Below are positions 53,001-63,900 of a stretch of DNA of 64,000 nucleotides, piece after piece; within the stretch, counting starts at the first letter, position 1, and each line of letters begins with the position of its first letter. The stretch is taken from the NCBI GenBank assembly GCA_964035545.1, contig OZ037767.1:30272628-30336627 (forward strand), in the 5' to 3' direction. This stretch comes from Bugula neritina. Taxonomy: Eukaryota; Animalia; Bryozoa. The notes under the pieces are model-generated. The model was not told where the DNA came from. It worked only from the letters and a program-made list of their open reading frames with translations, and ran no database searches. The position numbers and the translations under genes are program-made.

Positions 53001-53664
53001 TTGACTTTTCAATTCCTTTTCCAATGCATCAGCTGCAGCCTGTAAAATATGATAAAATTACATAAACTATGAATATTAGGGCAACTTGTGACAGAAAACA
53101 CTGCAAATTATTCACAACATTAACAACTGTTTGTCAATTTTTTACACTTTACACAATTTTAATTCCTTAGGCAGCATAATATATTTATAACAATTATTCC
53201 AATACATATGAAATTGGTGCTATATTATTAAAATCAATCACGCAAGTAATGTTGGAGTTGTCGCATCAACCAATAATAACTTAGATTTTAGACCATAGTT
53301 CTCACTTCAAATACACTGATCCATGAGAAGCCAAACCCATCGTTTTGGAGAGAATGGGTTCCCTTGTCCAAATGTTTTAAAACCTCTGGCACATCTAACA
53401 GACATTTCAGCCGCTCAGCTGCTTTCTAAAATAATGTTTACAAATAATACAAAAGTTTACCTAATAACTATAGCTTACTATGTACAAGTTAAATTAACAC
53501 TAGCATACTATGACTATATACTAACAGTGCAGTCTATCACATCTAAAGTATGATAATGTATGCAAGTACGACAATAAATAACATTGCTCTACCTTTCTCT
53601 CCAAAACCTTTCCACTAGCCAACTTCTCACAAGCTGTTATTAACTCAGAAATTTTCGATGGCAT
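20092..53664 (-). CDS. ATM: Serine-protein kinase ATM (PIKK family), multi-exon, apparently complete
   Basis: N-terminal TAN-like start [24 protein letters not shown] (exon 53593-53664); [15 protein letters not shown]; FAT region; kinase motifs [94 protein letters not shown]; [38 protein letters not shown] and [10 protein letters not shown] indicate ATM rather than ATR, DNA-PK or TOR. Not every internal exon junction was verified. Confidence 0.96.
22349..22441 (-). repeat. 31-bp triplication spanning an ATM exon end and its donor site
   Basis: The minus-strand unit CCTTGACCTCAATGA|GTAAGTACAAGAGTGA occurs three times. Confidence 0.9.
23128..23438. repeat. ~20-22-bp minisatellite (TATAGAGTAGTACACAGGTG) in an ATM intron
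   Basis: Tandem copies seen directly. It produces the repetitive ORFs at 23017-23451. Confidence 0.9.
28293..28827 (-). repeat. 23-bp minisatellite, ~23 copies, each unit being an ATM exon end plus donor site
   Basis: The minus-strand unit TTACCTACTGTTACCAG|GTATGT repeats almost perfectly. Confidence 0.95.
29595..29890. repeat. ~32-34-bp minisatellite (ACATTTACCTCTACTGAGAGTTTAAACTATAT), ~9 copies
   Basis: Tandem copies seen directly. Confidence 0.9.
30630..31070. repeat. 18-bp almost pure-AT minisatellite (AATATACTATAATATTAW)
   Basis: Tandem copies seen directly. It produces the IYYNIK ORF. Confidence 0.9.
34578..36256 (-). CDS. Divergent Ser/Thr-type protein kinase (non-RD), 438 aa, two exons (35815-36256, 34578-35452), nested in an ATM intron
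   Basis: LAIKE (beta3 Lys), CQEAV (alphaC Glu), [63 protein letters not shown]...RPSA. The phase-1 GT-AG intron 35453-35814 joins the two ORFs in frame. Minus-strand AATAAA sites at ~34282-34317. Confidence 0.9.
36370..36381. promoter_or_regulatory. kappaB (NF-kB/Rel)-like site GGGGAATTTCCC upstream of the nested kinase
   Basis: Matches GGGRNWYYCC on both strands, ~115 bp upstream of the kinase ATG. Motif match only. Confidence 0.45.
38851..39067 (+). mobile_element. tRNA-derived SINE, copy 1 (ATM intron)
   Basis: tRNA-like head with an A box (TGGTCTAAGGG) and B box (GGTTCAGACCC). The ~215-bp body is shared with 61360-61574 and ends in a T-run. It is flanked by an imperfect direct repeat TTCTAGACTGAGCTGAAT / TTCTAGACTAAGCTGGAT. 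Confidence 0.85.
42245..42357 (-). repeat. 22-bp repeat, 5 copies, each starting with GTGAGT at an ATM donor site
   Basis: Minus-strand unit GTGAGTCATRCTATTAGTCACT. Confidence 0.9.
44770..44892. repeat. 17-bp minisatellite (TACAATACAGTGAAGTA), ~7 copies
   Basis: Tandem copies seen directly. Confidence 0.9.
45809..45910 (-). repeat. 25-bp repeat, 4 copies, containing TGCAG|GTAAA of an ATM exon end
   Basis: Donor-like GT dinucleotides at 45903, 45878, 45853 and 45828 on the minus strand. Confidence 0.85.
49390..49846. repeat. 17-bp minisatellite (ACCACARTACARCTAT-type) next to an ATM acceptor
   Basis: Tandem copies seen directly. It produces the repetitive ORFs 49319-49879. Confidence 0.9.
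50570..50708. repeat. 30-bp repeat, ~4.5 copies, starting at an ATM exon/donor junction
   Basis: Unit TAGAGACGTAGCCTGTGAGTATAGGATAAC. Confidence 0.85.
51228..51695. repeat. 28-bp minisatellite (CATTGACTAGTGAGCTATTATTGCACTA) with two unit variants
   Basis: About 16 tandem copies seen directly. Confidence 0.9.
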
Positions 53665-54563
53665 AGTCAAGTCATGCTTTTAATCATATTCGTTCACAAG
53701 CTGCAGCCTACAAAATTACAAACCATTTCTCAAACAACTATTAAACTACTAAACTTGCGCCATAATACATACTAGCCGCTAAATAATACAGATAACTAGC
53801 ATTTAGAGCGAGCATCTCGAAAAATTTATTTATTGTTGGTGATTAAAAAGCAATATTTAATTTATTCAAAATGAATAAACTAAGTAATTGACTATAATTT
53901 TAGTGTTGACTCAAATCTTAATCTCTATTGTAAGCAGGTATTTTTTATGGCATCGTCGCTTTCTTTATATTATTTCATTTCATATAATAAAACTAAAAGA
54001 ATTTACGCGAGCTTATAAATATAATTATAGTCACATTAGTATTACTATTAGTATTAGTATAACTATAACTTATTAGTATAAGTATTCCTTAGTATAAGTA
54101 TAAGTATAACTCTATAAGTATAAGTATTCCTTATCCTATTCAGTATTCTCATTAGCATTATCATTATGATTATGTATTCATTACGATTATGATTATCATA
54201 ATCATATTCATAATGATAATGCTGCTAGAGACCGTCTAAAGTTGAATTTCAATTACATTAATTTACTGTAGAAAGTAAAAATAACGTATTAGCACCACTC
54301 ATTAAAATTAAACAATATTGATGACCATGATCATGATGGTGTCGATAATGACCATGAAAATCGTATCAGCAACTGCAAGGGTATTTGATCGTTGGATAAG
54401 GTTGTTCCGCGTGCTAATGTTTTGCAGAAACGCAGGAATCTAGTTGACCGATTATGATTCGCCATCTCACTTTTTAACGACATTTAAAATGAGTAATTAC
54501 TTGTCGGCAGAGCTTCGACAAATGACGACATTTATAAAAGGATTGAAGCAGCTTAAACATTCT

Positions 54564-54627
54564 GTTGCCACGAGATTTCTAGCGGCATTGTTTAATCGAT
54601 GCATTTAATTAGCCGCTCTATAGCAAC
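54564..54627. promoter_or_regulatory. ATM/MYCBP bidirectional promoter with RFX X-box-like sites (GTTGCCACGAGAT 54564-54576; CTCTATAGCAAC 54616-54627)
   Basis: CpG-richer segment between divergent genes. A candidate ATM non-coding exon donor lies at 54500 and the MYCBP ATG at 54753. Motif match only. Confidence 0.45.
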
Positions 54628-54752
54628 TACATTCTATCAAGTCAGACCCGATTGCTCACACTCATACTGATACTCATACTGACCGTCGCAGTCGCATTTT
54701 GAGTCACACACAATATTTTATTTGTTTGAAGTTTTAAGCGAAAATCAACAAG

Positions 54753-57700
54753 ATGACATATCGAGTAAGTTGTGCTTTATTCACTTAGTCTTATGGTTAG
54801 TCATTAGTGATTAGATTTAGTCATTTACTTTTAGTTTTACAGTTAGAGTTTTAGTTTTAGTGTTATACTTATCGTTAACTGTTAAGTGTTAAGCGTTGCT
54901 GTTGGAGAGTTAAACTTAATGATTATCGTCGTAGTCTAAAACTAAAAGTATAACATTGTGATTGACTTAGAGCTATACCAAATCACTAAATCTAATAGTA
55001 AATGCTTACTTCGGAGTATTGTTCTATTGGATCATGATTTACTTTTAGTTTTACTATCATTATCAGTATCGGTTTTGCTTTACTTACAGTTACAGTAAAG
55101 TATCAGTTTTACCTTACTTTTACAGTATTAGTAAAGCATTACTTTAACTTTAAGAGTTTAAGTTCAGCATTATGATTATTATAAGTATAACTATAAGTAT
55201 TACTCTATTAGTAATACTAATAGTACTACTCTAATTCTATTAGTATTAGTATAAGTATTACTATTAGTATTACTTAAATTAGTATAAGTATATTGAAATA
55301 TTATGAAGGTAATAAATTGCCAGTATACAAACTTTAGATTTAAAAAGACTTGATAATAATTTTAATTTACAAACTATCATTGTGTGAACAGTTCTCACAT
55401 CTGTGTAATTGCTAATGCTATATACTGTTACTAAAGTTGTATACAGATTTTGACATAGTAACTAACATATGAGTTAGCTTTGGATGGTATATTCACTACA
55501 TTCCAGGAAATTTTTAGGTGCTAATACTAATAATATAAAGTCTGTTAAATGTGGTGTAATATAGCAATTTATTAAAATTGGTTGCGGTTGATTTATACAG
55601 GTTATGAGCAAAGCTAATGTTATATTTTGATTTTGCTTCAATTTGTGACTCAAAAAAGTATAGCTGATAGCAGTAACCAGGAATAAACTATGAATTTTGG
55701 AACATGGCTCCTAATTTTTTTAATGGCTCCTTTTTATTTAATTTTAGATTTTTTAACATTTTCAACCATTAATGTGCTTGTAGAAGTAAATTTAAAAATA
55801 AAAAACTCAAGTGTAATGTGTACGCAAATCTAATAGTATAGCTTTGCATGCTCTTCAATTTTTTGACATTTTTAGTATTGCAGTTACGGCTTTCATCTTA
55901 GTGTGTTTTATTCTGAGTAAGAGTGCTTACAGTTCGATATTCAGATTTTACACAACTTTAGTGAGGCTCATGAGATTTGAGGTGCCATTCTGTTAATTTC
56001 TCATTTCCAATCTCAGAACCAAAAGAGGCATTGCTTAAAATAGTTACCAACCTCAGAGGAGTGGTGTTACGTTAGTTATGATTTGTTAATGCTGTTATCC
56101 TTTCTTTATCACTATCTCATGTTATTCTTCCTTTATCACTATATTTCCATGCTAAATTGGGCAACAGCGCCAATCAAATGAAACTACTACCCAAAAAACT
56201 TCATGCAGTTGGTTTTCCATTTGTTGTAATCTTAAAAAAGAATTCATTCGAAGTATGGACACATAGTACACATGACATGTTATCTGAATAAGTTTAAAGT
56301 TGAAGGTCTTTCTAATATATTATTTAATTTTATGCTGTACTTGAAAAACTCACATAATTAAGTATCAATTATTTTTCAAGAAGAAGAGAAACATTTTACA
56401 AATATGGCTTTATCAACATTCAAATCTCTTTCACAAATTATTTACGGAGCTGTAAGCATTATTGGACAATTTCAAATAAATTGATTTGTCATCATCAAAT
56501 AGCTTAATCCATTTGTAAAGATGCGCTTCACACCTTGAAAAATAATTTTCATGTATAATTTAGTCTCACCACTTTCTTCTAATTGTTAGAAGTTGTCTTC
56601 TGTTGACTACTGTAATGGGTATTTTGTCAGGAAACTAACAACTGTATAAAATAATGCAGATTATGTTTAAATATGAGATTGCAGTATAATTTTGTTGTAA
56701 TTATTACGTGACCAAGGAGGTACATTGTCAATATGGGAGCACATTTGAAGCATACTAAGCTGTTAGTATTATAACGTGCCATACTTCAACCATGCATTTC
56801 AGTTGTTTTAGGCTGTGCGCAGTGACTAAGATTTAAACTGTGTTAGCCTTTGTATTATTTGGCCTTTCTACTGAATACTTCTAAAATCTAAACTTTGAAC
56901 AATATTTGCTAAAAATACTTTTAGTTATTTACCTTCTGCTCCACACCGCCCCTTCTTCATTATGTAGAGTCTTGGTAACCAATTGCACTTTAAAATACGG
57001 CTGCTTTATTTGGTGCAATATTCTGGAAACCTCTATAGCATGTTTGCGGGTGGTCTTGTTCCGTATAAGGAGTTGCAGCTATCTGGCACGGCTCCAATGA
57101 AAAGCCTGTTTCTTCTGCATTAGCTGTCGTCTGCACGCAGCCAATAGCAGTTTACATTCAGACGCGAGTAGAGTTGCACTAGAGTTGCATGTGGTATTTT
57201 TTTATTGATATTTAACATATTGGACTGCAGTCCGAAGATGACTGACTTTAATGCTAATGTGATTACTTCGGAAAGTTTATTGACTTCTTGTGCTGGCAAT
57301 GCTCATAATCTGTATAGCAAGCACGATATATTTGAAGTAAGTTTTGTGAGAAAGTTATTGCTTACAGTATGGTTTTTAGGAATGATATTGTAAACTGCAT
57401 AGTATAGGAGGTCAGTTTCAAACAGTCCTATTATTGACTATTATTTGATGGATTTAGACTGCTGATTCCAAAAGAGAAGAATTTAGAAAGTACTTGGAGA
57501 AGGCTGGAGTCTTGGATACCCTTACTAAAGGTAGGTTATTCATATTTTTAGATCCCTCTATGAAACTAGGTAAATGTATTGCTTCATGCGTCGCACTTGA
57601 TGCCATTCGTTATTTACACCTCTTTCCATGTAGTTATGCATGCTTTATGATCATTGGAGTGAGACCTTTGTCAAAAGTGGTTCATCAGCTGTTAATGCCA

Positions 57701-58524
57701 AGTCTCTCTTGGTATTGCTAAATATAGAGTGATTTTGCTTGGTCAAAATGTGCAAATTTTGTTAAAATCACATGTGTGTTGTGTTTACCTATGCTGCCTT
57801 TTTTATTCTACTCTGAACACTATTTTTTGTCTTTTATGTAGTGCTAGTCGGTTTGTACGAAGAGCCTGAGAAGCCAAACGATGCCATCGACTTTATTAAG
57901 CAGCATATCGGAGCAGACGGCCCTGACACTGCTGACGTAGAGCAACTCAAATTGGAAGTAACGGAGTTGAGGCAGAAGTGTGAGCAGCTGTCAGAAGAGA
58001 ATGCTGAGCTAAAACAAAAGGTGTGTAACCTAACTTATGTATATCTGTGCATTTAATAGTAAAAGTTACATACTAATCTAACTCAAGTTCCTTAACATCC
58101 AGTCTTATTATATTTATTTTATTTATGTAATAATCTGGACATTTCAAGGCTGGTCAAGAAAGTATTGTATCTTCAAAATGGTATTAAGCAGCTTAAATTC
58201 ATAGTTTTTGTTGAATATTCTTGAGTGTAGAGCAGGTAACTCCATTAAGTAAGTTGGAATAAATTGAGTTGGAATATTACTATTAGATTTGTTAAAGCCG
58301 CTATAAATTGTAATCTGGTTGTTATTAAAGGGGTGCAGGCAGACAAATGGCTTTTGCTAATCATTAATTGAATGCCTCAGAGTTTTGTTCACCAATGTTG
58401 AGTAATTAAATCCCGGATAGGTTTGTCATGGCCAGTCACCTGTTTTGTTAAATTACTTATTTTGTTGAACTTGTAGATTGCCCAGCTTGAACCACCTGCT
58501 GACGAAAGTGCTATGGAGAGTTAA
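54753..58524 (+). CDS. MYCBP: c-Myc-binding protein (AMY-1), 103 aa. Exons 54753-54764, 57458-57530, 57842-58020, 58477-58524
   Basis: MTYRTADSKREEFRKYLEKAGVLDTLTKVLVGLYEEPEKPNDAIDFIKQHIG...LKQKIAQLEPPADESAMES closely matches recalled human MYCBP (ADSKREQFRRYLEKSGVLDTLTKVLVALYEEPEKPN). Confidence 0.95.
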
Positions 58525-59559
58525 TGATATTCAATCTTCTCAAGCGTCATGTGACTTGCGTACAAATAGACAGATATAACATTAGAGTATATATATTCAT
58601 ATTGTAAAATTACCATATCATGATGAATATTTATAAAATAAACCACTAGCTGAAGTATGAGTAAATATGATATGTATTGCCATCTTCCACAATTTAAAGA
58701 AATGTTTTTCTTTTGTTATTATACTGTTAGGTATTTTTTTCTGTATCTGATTATCTTATGTTTTCTGTCACCTTCAGCTTTTTATTAGTAATTAGTATAA
58801 CAAGTTGTAATAGTCATGCAGTAATTTGTCTGATTCAATAGTGAAAATAATATTTATTTAGTTCCCAATTCATTAAAAAAATTCCATAATTCATTTCTTT
58901 GTAGCTAAGCATTTTTACAAATTAACCTAAAGGCACTTAATTTTTATTCTGCATACAAGTATACTGAATTGTTTCAATATAGCTCAACATCTCATACATA
59001 TGACGTTTTCTCTACAACCAGACTTCTGTATTCTATTCCAATATCATTTATTATAATTTTATTTTACAAGGTTCACACTGTTTGTATTTCTTTTCCTGTT
59101 TTGTATTTCTGGTGTTTCACTTCAACTGTAAATACACTTATACGCTGAAATTCCTAATGTTTTGTCTTCACTTTATTACATTTTAACAAAGGGAAAAAAT
59201 ATAAGCAAAAAACTAGTTAAATGCATGTACCATTTCTTTCAATGGCCTGCTTCAATCAATTCCTTCAAATGGCTGCCTTTCTTTAAAGAATTTCGAATTA
59301 AGTTCTTTAATTATAATCAAAGCAAAGGTTTTATGCAATTAGCTTGTACAAAAATATTTTTCTAGTTATGTGCACCGGTAAACTGAATGTAGAACTTTCT
59401 AGTAAGGTACCGTGCATTGATGGCATTGGGAAACAAGCTGTTGTGGTCTAAACTTTTAGGAGTTGCCAGCTCTTTTTCTTTTACCGTAACAACAGCGTTT
59501 GGCGACAATATATAAGCAGATATTGCAGATTCTCTCACGAAAATACAAATACCACTTGA

Positions 59560-59661
59560 GCCCCGCCCTCCTTACTCAATGTCGGTCAAATTGCTGTGAC
59601 CTCGGGTGAAGAACTGTGTTGGTAGTAAAGCGCTGCTGAGCAGTGAGAAAAACCTCGAGCG
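59560..59661 (+). promoter_or_regulatory. Probable CPT1 promoter and non-coding first exon: GC box (GCCCCGCCC), nuclear-receptor-like half-sites CGGTCA-n8-TGACCT, donor GTAAGA at 59662
   Basis: Motifs seen directly in a GC-richer patch ~1.4 kb upstream of the CPT1 ATG. Assignment to CPT1 is inference. Confidence 0.4.
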
Positions 59662-60195
59662 GTAAGATATTAAAAGTTCTTGCAAATGCAAAATAGTTGT
59701 GCAAGACCTTGTTCAAAACCCTTTTTCATGTTATGGTAGTTCGCACTTATAGGCCCATGGCCCATGAATTTAATTTTAATTGACAATTTCAATTTGAATA
59801 AAACAATATGCAGTCTACAGCTACTTCCATATGAAAATCACTTATCGGTTAATGTTATCAGGCCATCAGTATAAGTCATTAAGTGTCACTATCAAATTTA
59901 AATTAACACATTTACAAATGGCATCTTGTTTCATTTTAGTTTTGCATTATCATTATGTTTAAGTTTATCATGGACATTTTTATTTTAGTTAGATTTAATA
60001 ATTTACTAACAAATCACTAACTCAAATTCTAAGTCTAGCACTAACAGTAACAGTTGCTCTAAGTCTAATACTTGTACCAGTACAGCTAGTGCTACTCAAA
60101 ATGTAATTTTAAATGCAACTACTACTATGTCTAGTGTACTAGTACTACTACATCTACTCGCTCTCAGTGTAAGTGTTGCTTACTAATGACTGTCT

Positions 60196-60446
60196 ACTAG
60201 TACTAGTACTAGTAGTAGTAGTAGTAGTACTAGTAGTAGTAGTAGTAGTACTAGTAGTAGTAGTAGTAGTGGTAGTGGTAGTGGTAGTGGTAGTGGTAGT
60301 GGTAGTGGTAGTGGTAGTGGTAGTGGTAGTGGTAGTGGTAGTGGTAGTGGTAGTGGTAGTGGTAGTGGTAGTGGTAGTGGTAGTGGTAGTGGTAGTGGTA
60401 GTGGTAGTGGTAGTGGTAGTGGTAGTGGTAGTGGTAGTAGTAGTAC
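60196..60446. repeat. (GTA)n/(GTAGTG)n microsatellite
   Basis: Seen directly. It produces the poly-Val ORF. Confidence 0.95.
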
Positions 60447-60998
60447 TTCTAGTTCTTTTAAGTCTTAATTTTAAACTGAGTGTCCGTACATGTACCCAGG
60501 TTAAGAGCTACTATTATTGTAGTTATTACTTATATTAATTTAGCGTTAGAAGTTATTTCAATAAATCATGCCCAATTCATTTTTAAATTCAATTAAAAAT
60601 CAATATTGCTTTGATTGTCATTCAGTGATTCCAATTGTGATTGTTGCTAGGAATTCAGTGTTGCTTGTAAGGGAAAAATTCAGACTTTGCAGTTTATTTT
60701 ATTTACAGCAATTTAGTTTTAGTTAACCAACTTTAATTATAATCATTGTGTTGATAAATTACATTTCGTTGTTGTTCAGTTATGTACAAAATGTGCAAGT
60801 ATGAATAAATGTACAACATAGAGGCTTTCCTAACAGTTCACTTTTTTATCTAAAGTGTTGCATTCTAGCATGGAGTCACGTGCTCCTGCAAGAGTAATGC
60901 CTACCCTTCTGCATGCTCAGCTATCATAGCCTTAGATCTCTATGTAGGGCTTGTGGTTGGGAAGATCACATTGATCAACCTTCTTGGAGCTTACCAAC

Positions 60999-63900
60999 AT
61001 GGCGGAAGCTCATTCGGCTGTTGCGTTTTCCTTCCATGTCACTCCGGAAGGCTTAGATGTGCGCTACAACCACGAGGCTCTGAGAGCCGTATGGCACAGC
61101 GGGCTACACTCGTGGAAACTCAGGTTCATTCGGTTCAAGGTCAGTCAGCCAACCCTACCTCTTTGCCACAATACCTTTGTAATGGTGTAGTTGTAAGGGC
61201 CCCCATACCCTTGTATTGCTAGCTTCTGCTGGTATTAACATACTGTGTTTCAGAATTATAGCACTTGTACTGTGTGGTTTAATTAATCTCTTCAGAATTT
61301 TGCTAAAGATACTCAATGGTTGATGAAAGCTTATAATGTATATATGCAGTCTCTAGTGTGAGCAGCTGTGGTCTAGGGGGTTAGATCATTTGCCTAGTAA
61401 GCACAAAGTCATGGGTCCGAACCCCTACAAAGGCCATTGGACATGTTAGGAAGAGCGTTCAGTCATAATTGCTTCTATATCCCATCTGAATAAGTCCTTA
61501 GCCCGATTTAACAAAACCCCTTCCATCAGGGGTTTTCACAGGGATGATGACTGTAAACTTGCGTGAGTTTTTTTATGTAGTTCTAGTGTAAGTGATATAG
61601 TTTAAGTGTACGTAGTGTAAGTGTACGCAGTGTAAGTGTACATAGTGTAAGTGTACGCAGTGTAAGTGTACATAGTTTAAGTGTACGTAATGTAAGTGTA
61701 CGTAGTGTAAGTGTATATAGTGTAAGTGCATGTAGTGTTGGTAGTTGAATGACACTTGGTAGATATTCAATTTATAAACTTAAAGTCACCATTTACCTAG
61801 CCTGTCTTCCCTCCTTTCTAACAGAATCATCTAATAAACACGCTGTATCCTGCTCCGCCCACCAGCCTCTTTCTCATCTGCACTGTAGTCAGCATAGCTC
61901 AACTCTATACAGACACGGACCTCTCCTTTGGTCTCATTGAGAAAGCATCTACCTTCTTCCCAGAGTAAGTATATATACTTACTTATATGCTTATATGCTT
62001 TATTTTTTCCCAGAGTAGGTATCATTGCTTATATACTCACTTTGGTTTTCTGCAGTAAGTCAATATCATTGCTTATATACTTACTTTTTTAAACTCAATA
62101 ATATGAGATAGATTTCTAGAGCTGTACAGTTTCGTAGTTTTTGTCATTGGGGTTACAAATATTTTTTGAACATTATGCTAATTTCAACACACAAAACTCT
62201 TAAATGGATTATTCATAATTTTAAATACACAAGATTTTATATTAGCATTTTGGCTAACAGCTCAAACTTAAAAGATCACTATAAATTAAGTTTCCATTAT
62301 CACTATGTACAAATTATATACAGTATTAAAAATAGTTTTTTTTCTGTCATAAAATGAAAGTTTGTAAGGTGTAGTGTGTTTATATTATAAATTGCTTGTT
62401 TCTTCTAGCGGAAAAAAATTGTGAGTATAAACTCTTGAGCATGTTGAAATAATATAGTTATGTACGTCAAATAGTCATTCTCTGATATTACTATGGGGAG
62501 TTTTTTGGCACCAAGGTTTAGTAGACAAGCTAAAACTTGTATTGCTAGTTGCAACCCATAACTTGTTGAGAAATAACGCATAACGCAGCCTCAGTCAGTT
62601 GATCTAGCTCTATAAGAGAGTATGGTGCGGGTTTACATAGCCAACATCTCTCTCAGTGATGCTTATATTTGAGGGGGCTTGAAGAAGAGCCCTTTTTGCA
62701 AACTGTAGTCTGAATCTAATTGCTGGAAACTAGGAAATTGTTACAATTTGATTGGTTTACACTCAACACGCCTATTAAGTTCAGTTGCTTTAGAATAGTA
62801 AGGATAAAGCAGGCTATATATGTTTGTATAAGTTCTGTTCAATGTTCATATGTTTATTGTACTGTTATTTATATTTTCTCCAGCCAATTATGTGACACAG
62901 CAAGTGAAATGGCTAATACAGTCTTAACAGATGAGAATCTACATTTTATAAACTTGTGTGTTTTGCTGATGACTTTGTTTCTAAAAAATCATTTCAAATG
63001 CTGTCATTAATCTAGTTTTTGGTCATATAGGTACAGTAACAGAGAAATTCTAATAGCCTAAATTCTTTAATTTCCATACTAAATGTCGGTTTGGAGTGCT
63101 GGTTGAAAGTCTCGCAAGAACATAACCATCACTGTACTTACCTCTTTCTTGTTAAACAATGCATTTCCTCTCTACTGCAAGTTCTCCTATGTGATTGTAG
63201 CTGTGTGCACGAGCAGTGTGAGATCATCTCAGCCGTGCTCTTTGGTCTGGGAGTCTGGGTTATATACGTGTTGGTGAGACGATACCTTCTCAGACTTCTC
63301 CTGATAAACCACTCGTGGATGTACGAGCCGTTCGGCAGAATCAGTTTGCCTAACAAGATATGGCTGGGTTTGGTGAAGTTCCTACAGGGTCGAGATCCCC
63401 TTCTGTATGGGTACCAGTCTGCCCTCCCCAAACTGCCCGTGCCTTCACTGCAAGGAACACATGATAGAGTAGGTTCTGTTTATAAAGCTAGGGTTTTGAT
63501 TACATTAGGATCTGTTTAGCTTGGAATATCTTAGGATTGGTGGCTGGGGGGGGGGGGGTGGCTAATGCCACTTGTTGAAGCCATTCTGGTTGAAAGATTC
63601 TACTAGTTCAGTAAATCTGAGTGAGAACAGTGCCACACCAGGAATGTTATGCAACTTAAAACTATCCCATCAAGCTACCAGTAACATTTATTGCAAAAAA
63701 TATATTTAAAAAAGCCCAGCTTTCAAATTTATAAGATTTCTTCGTTTTCTGAATGATAGTAATATTTATACGCATCACATTAGTGTATCTAGTGTATTTT
63801 CATACTCAGTTCATTGTATACATACACTGTGTCAGCAGTTGTTTTCCCTCTGTAAACTGATTCTCCTTCTCTAGTACCTCGAGTCTGTACGACCTCTCCT

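Noticed and set aside
60173-60538. Poly-valine ORF
   Set aside because: (GTAGTG)n microsatellite in an intron.
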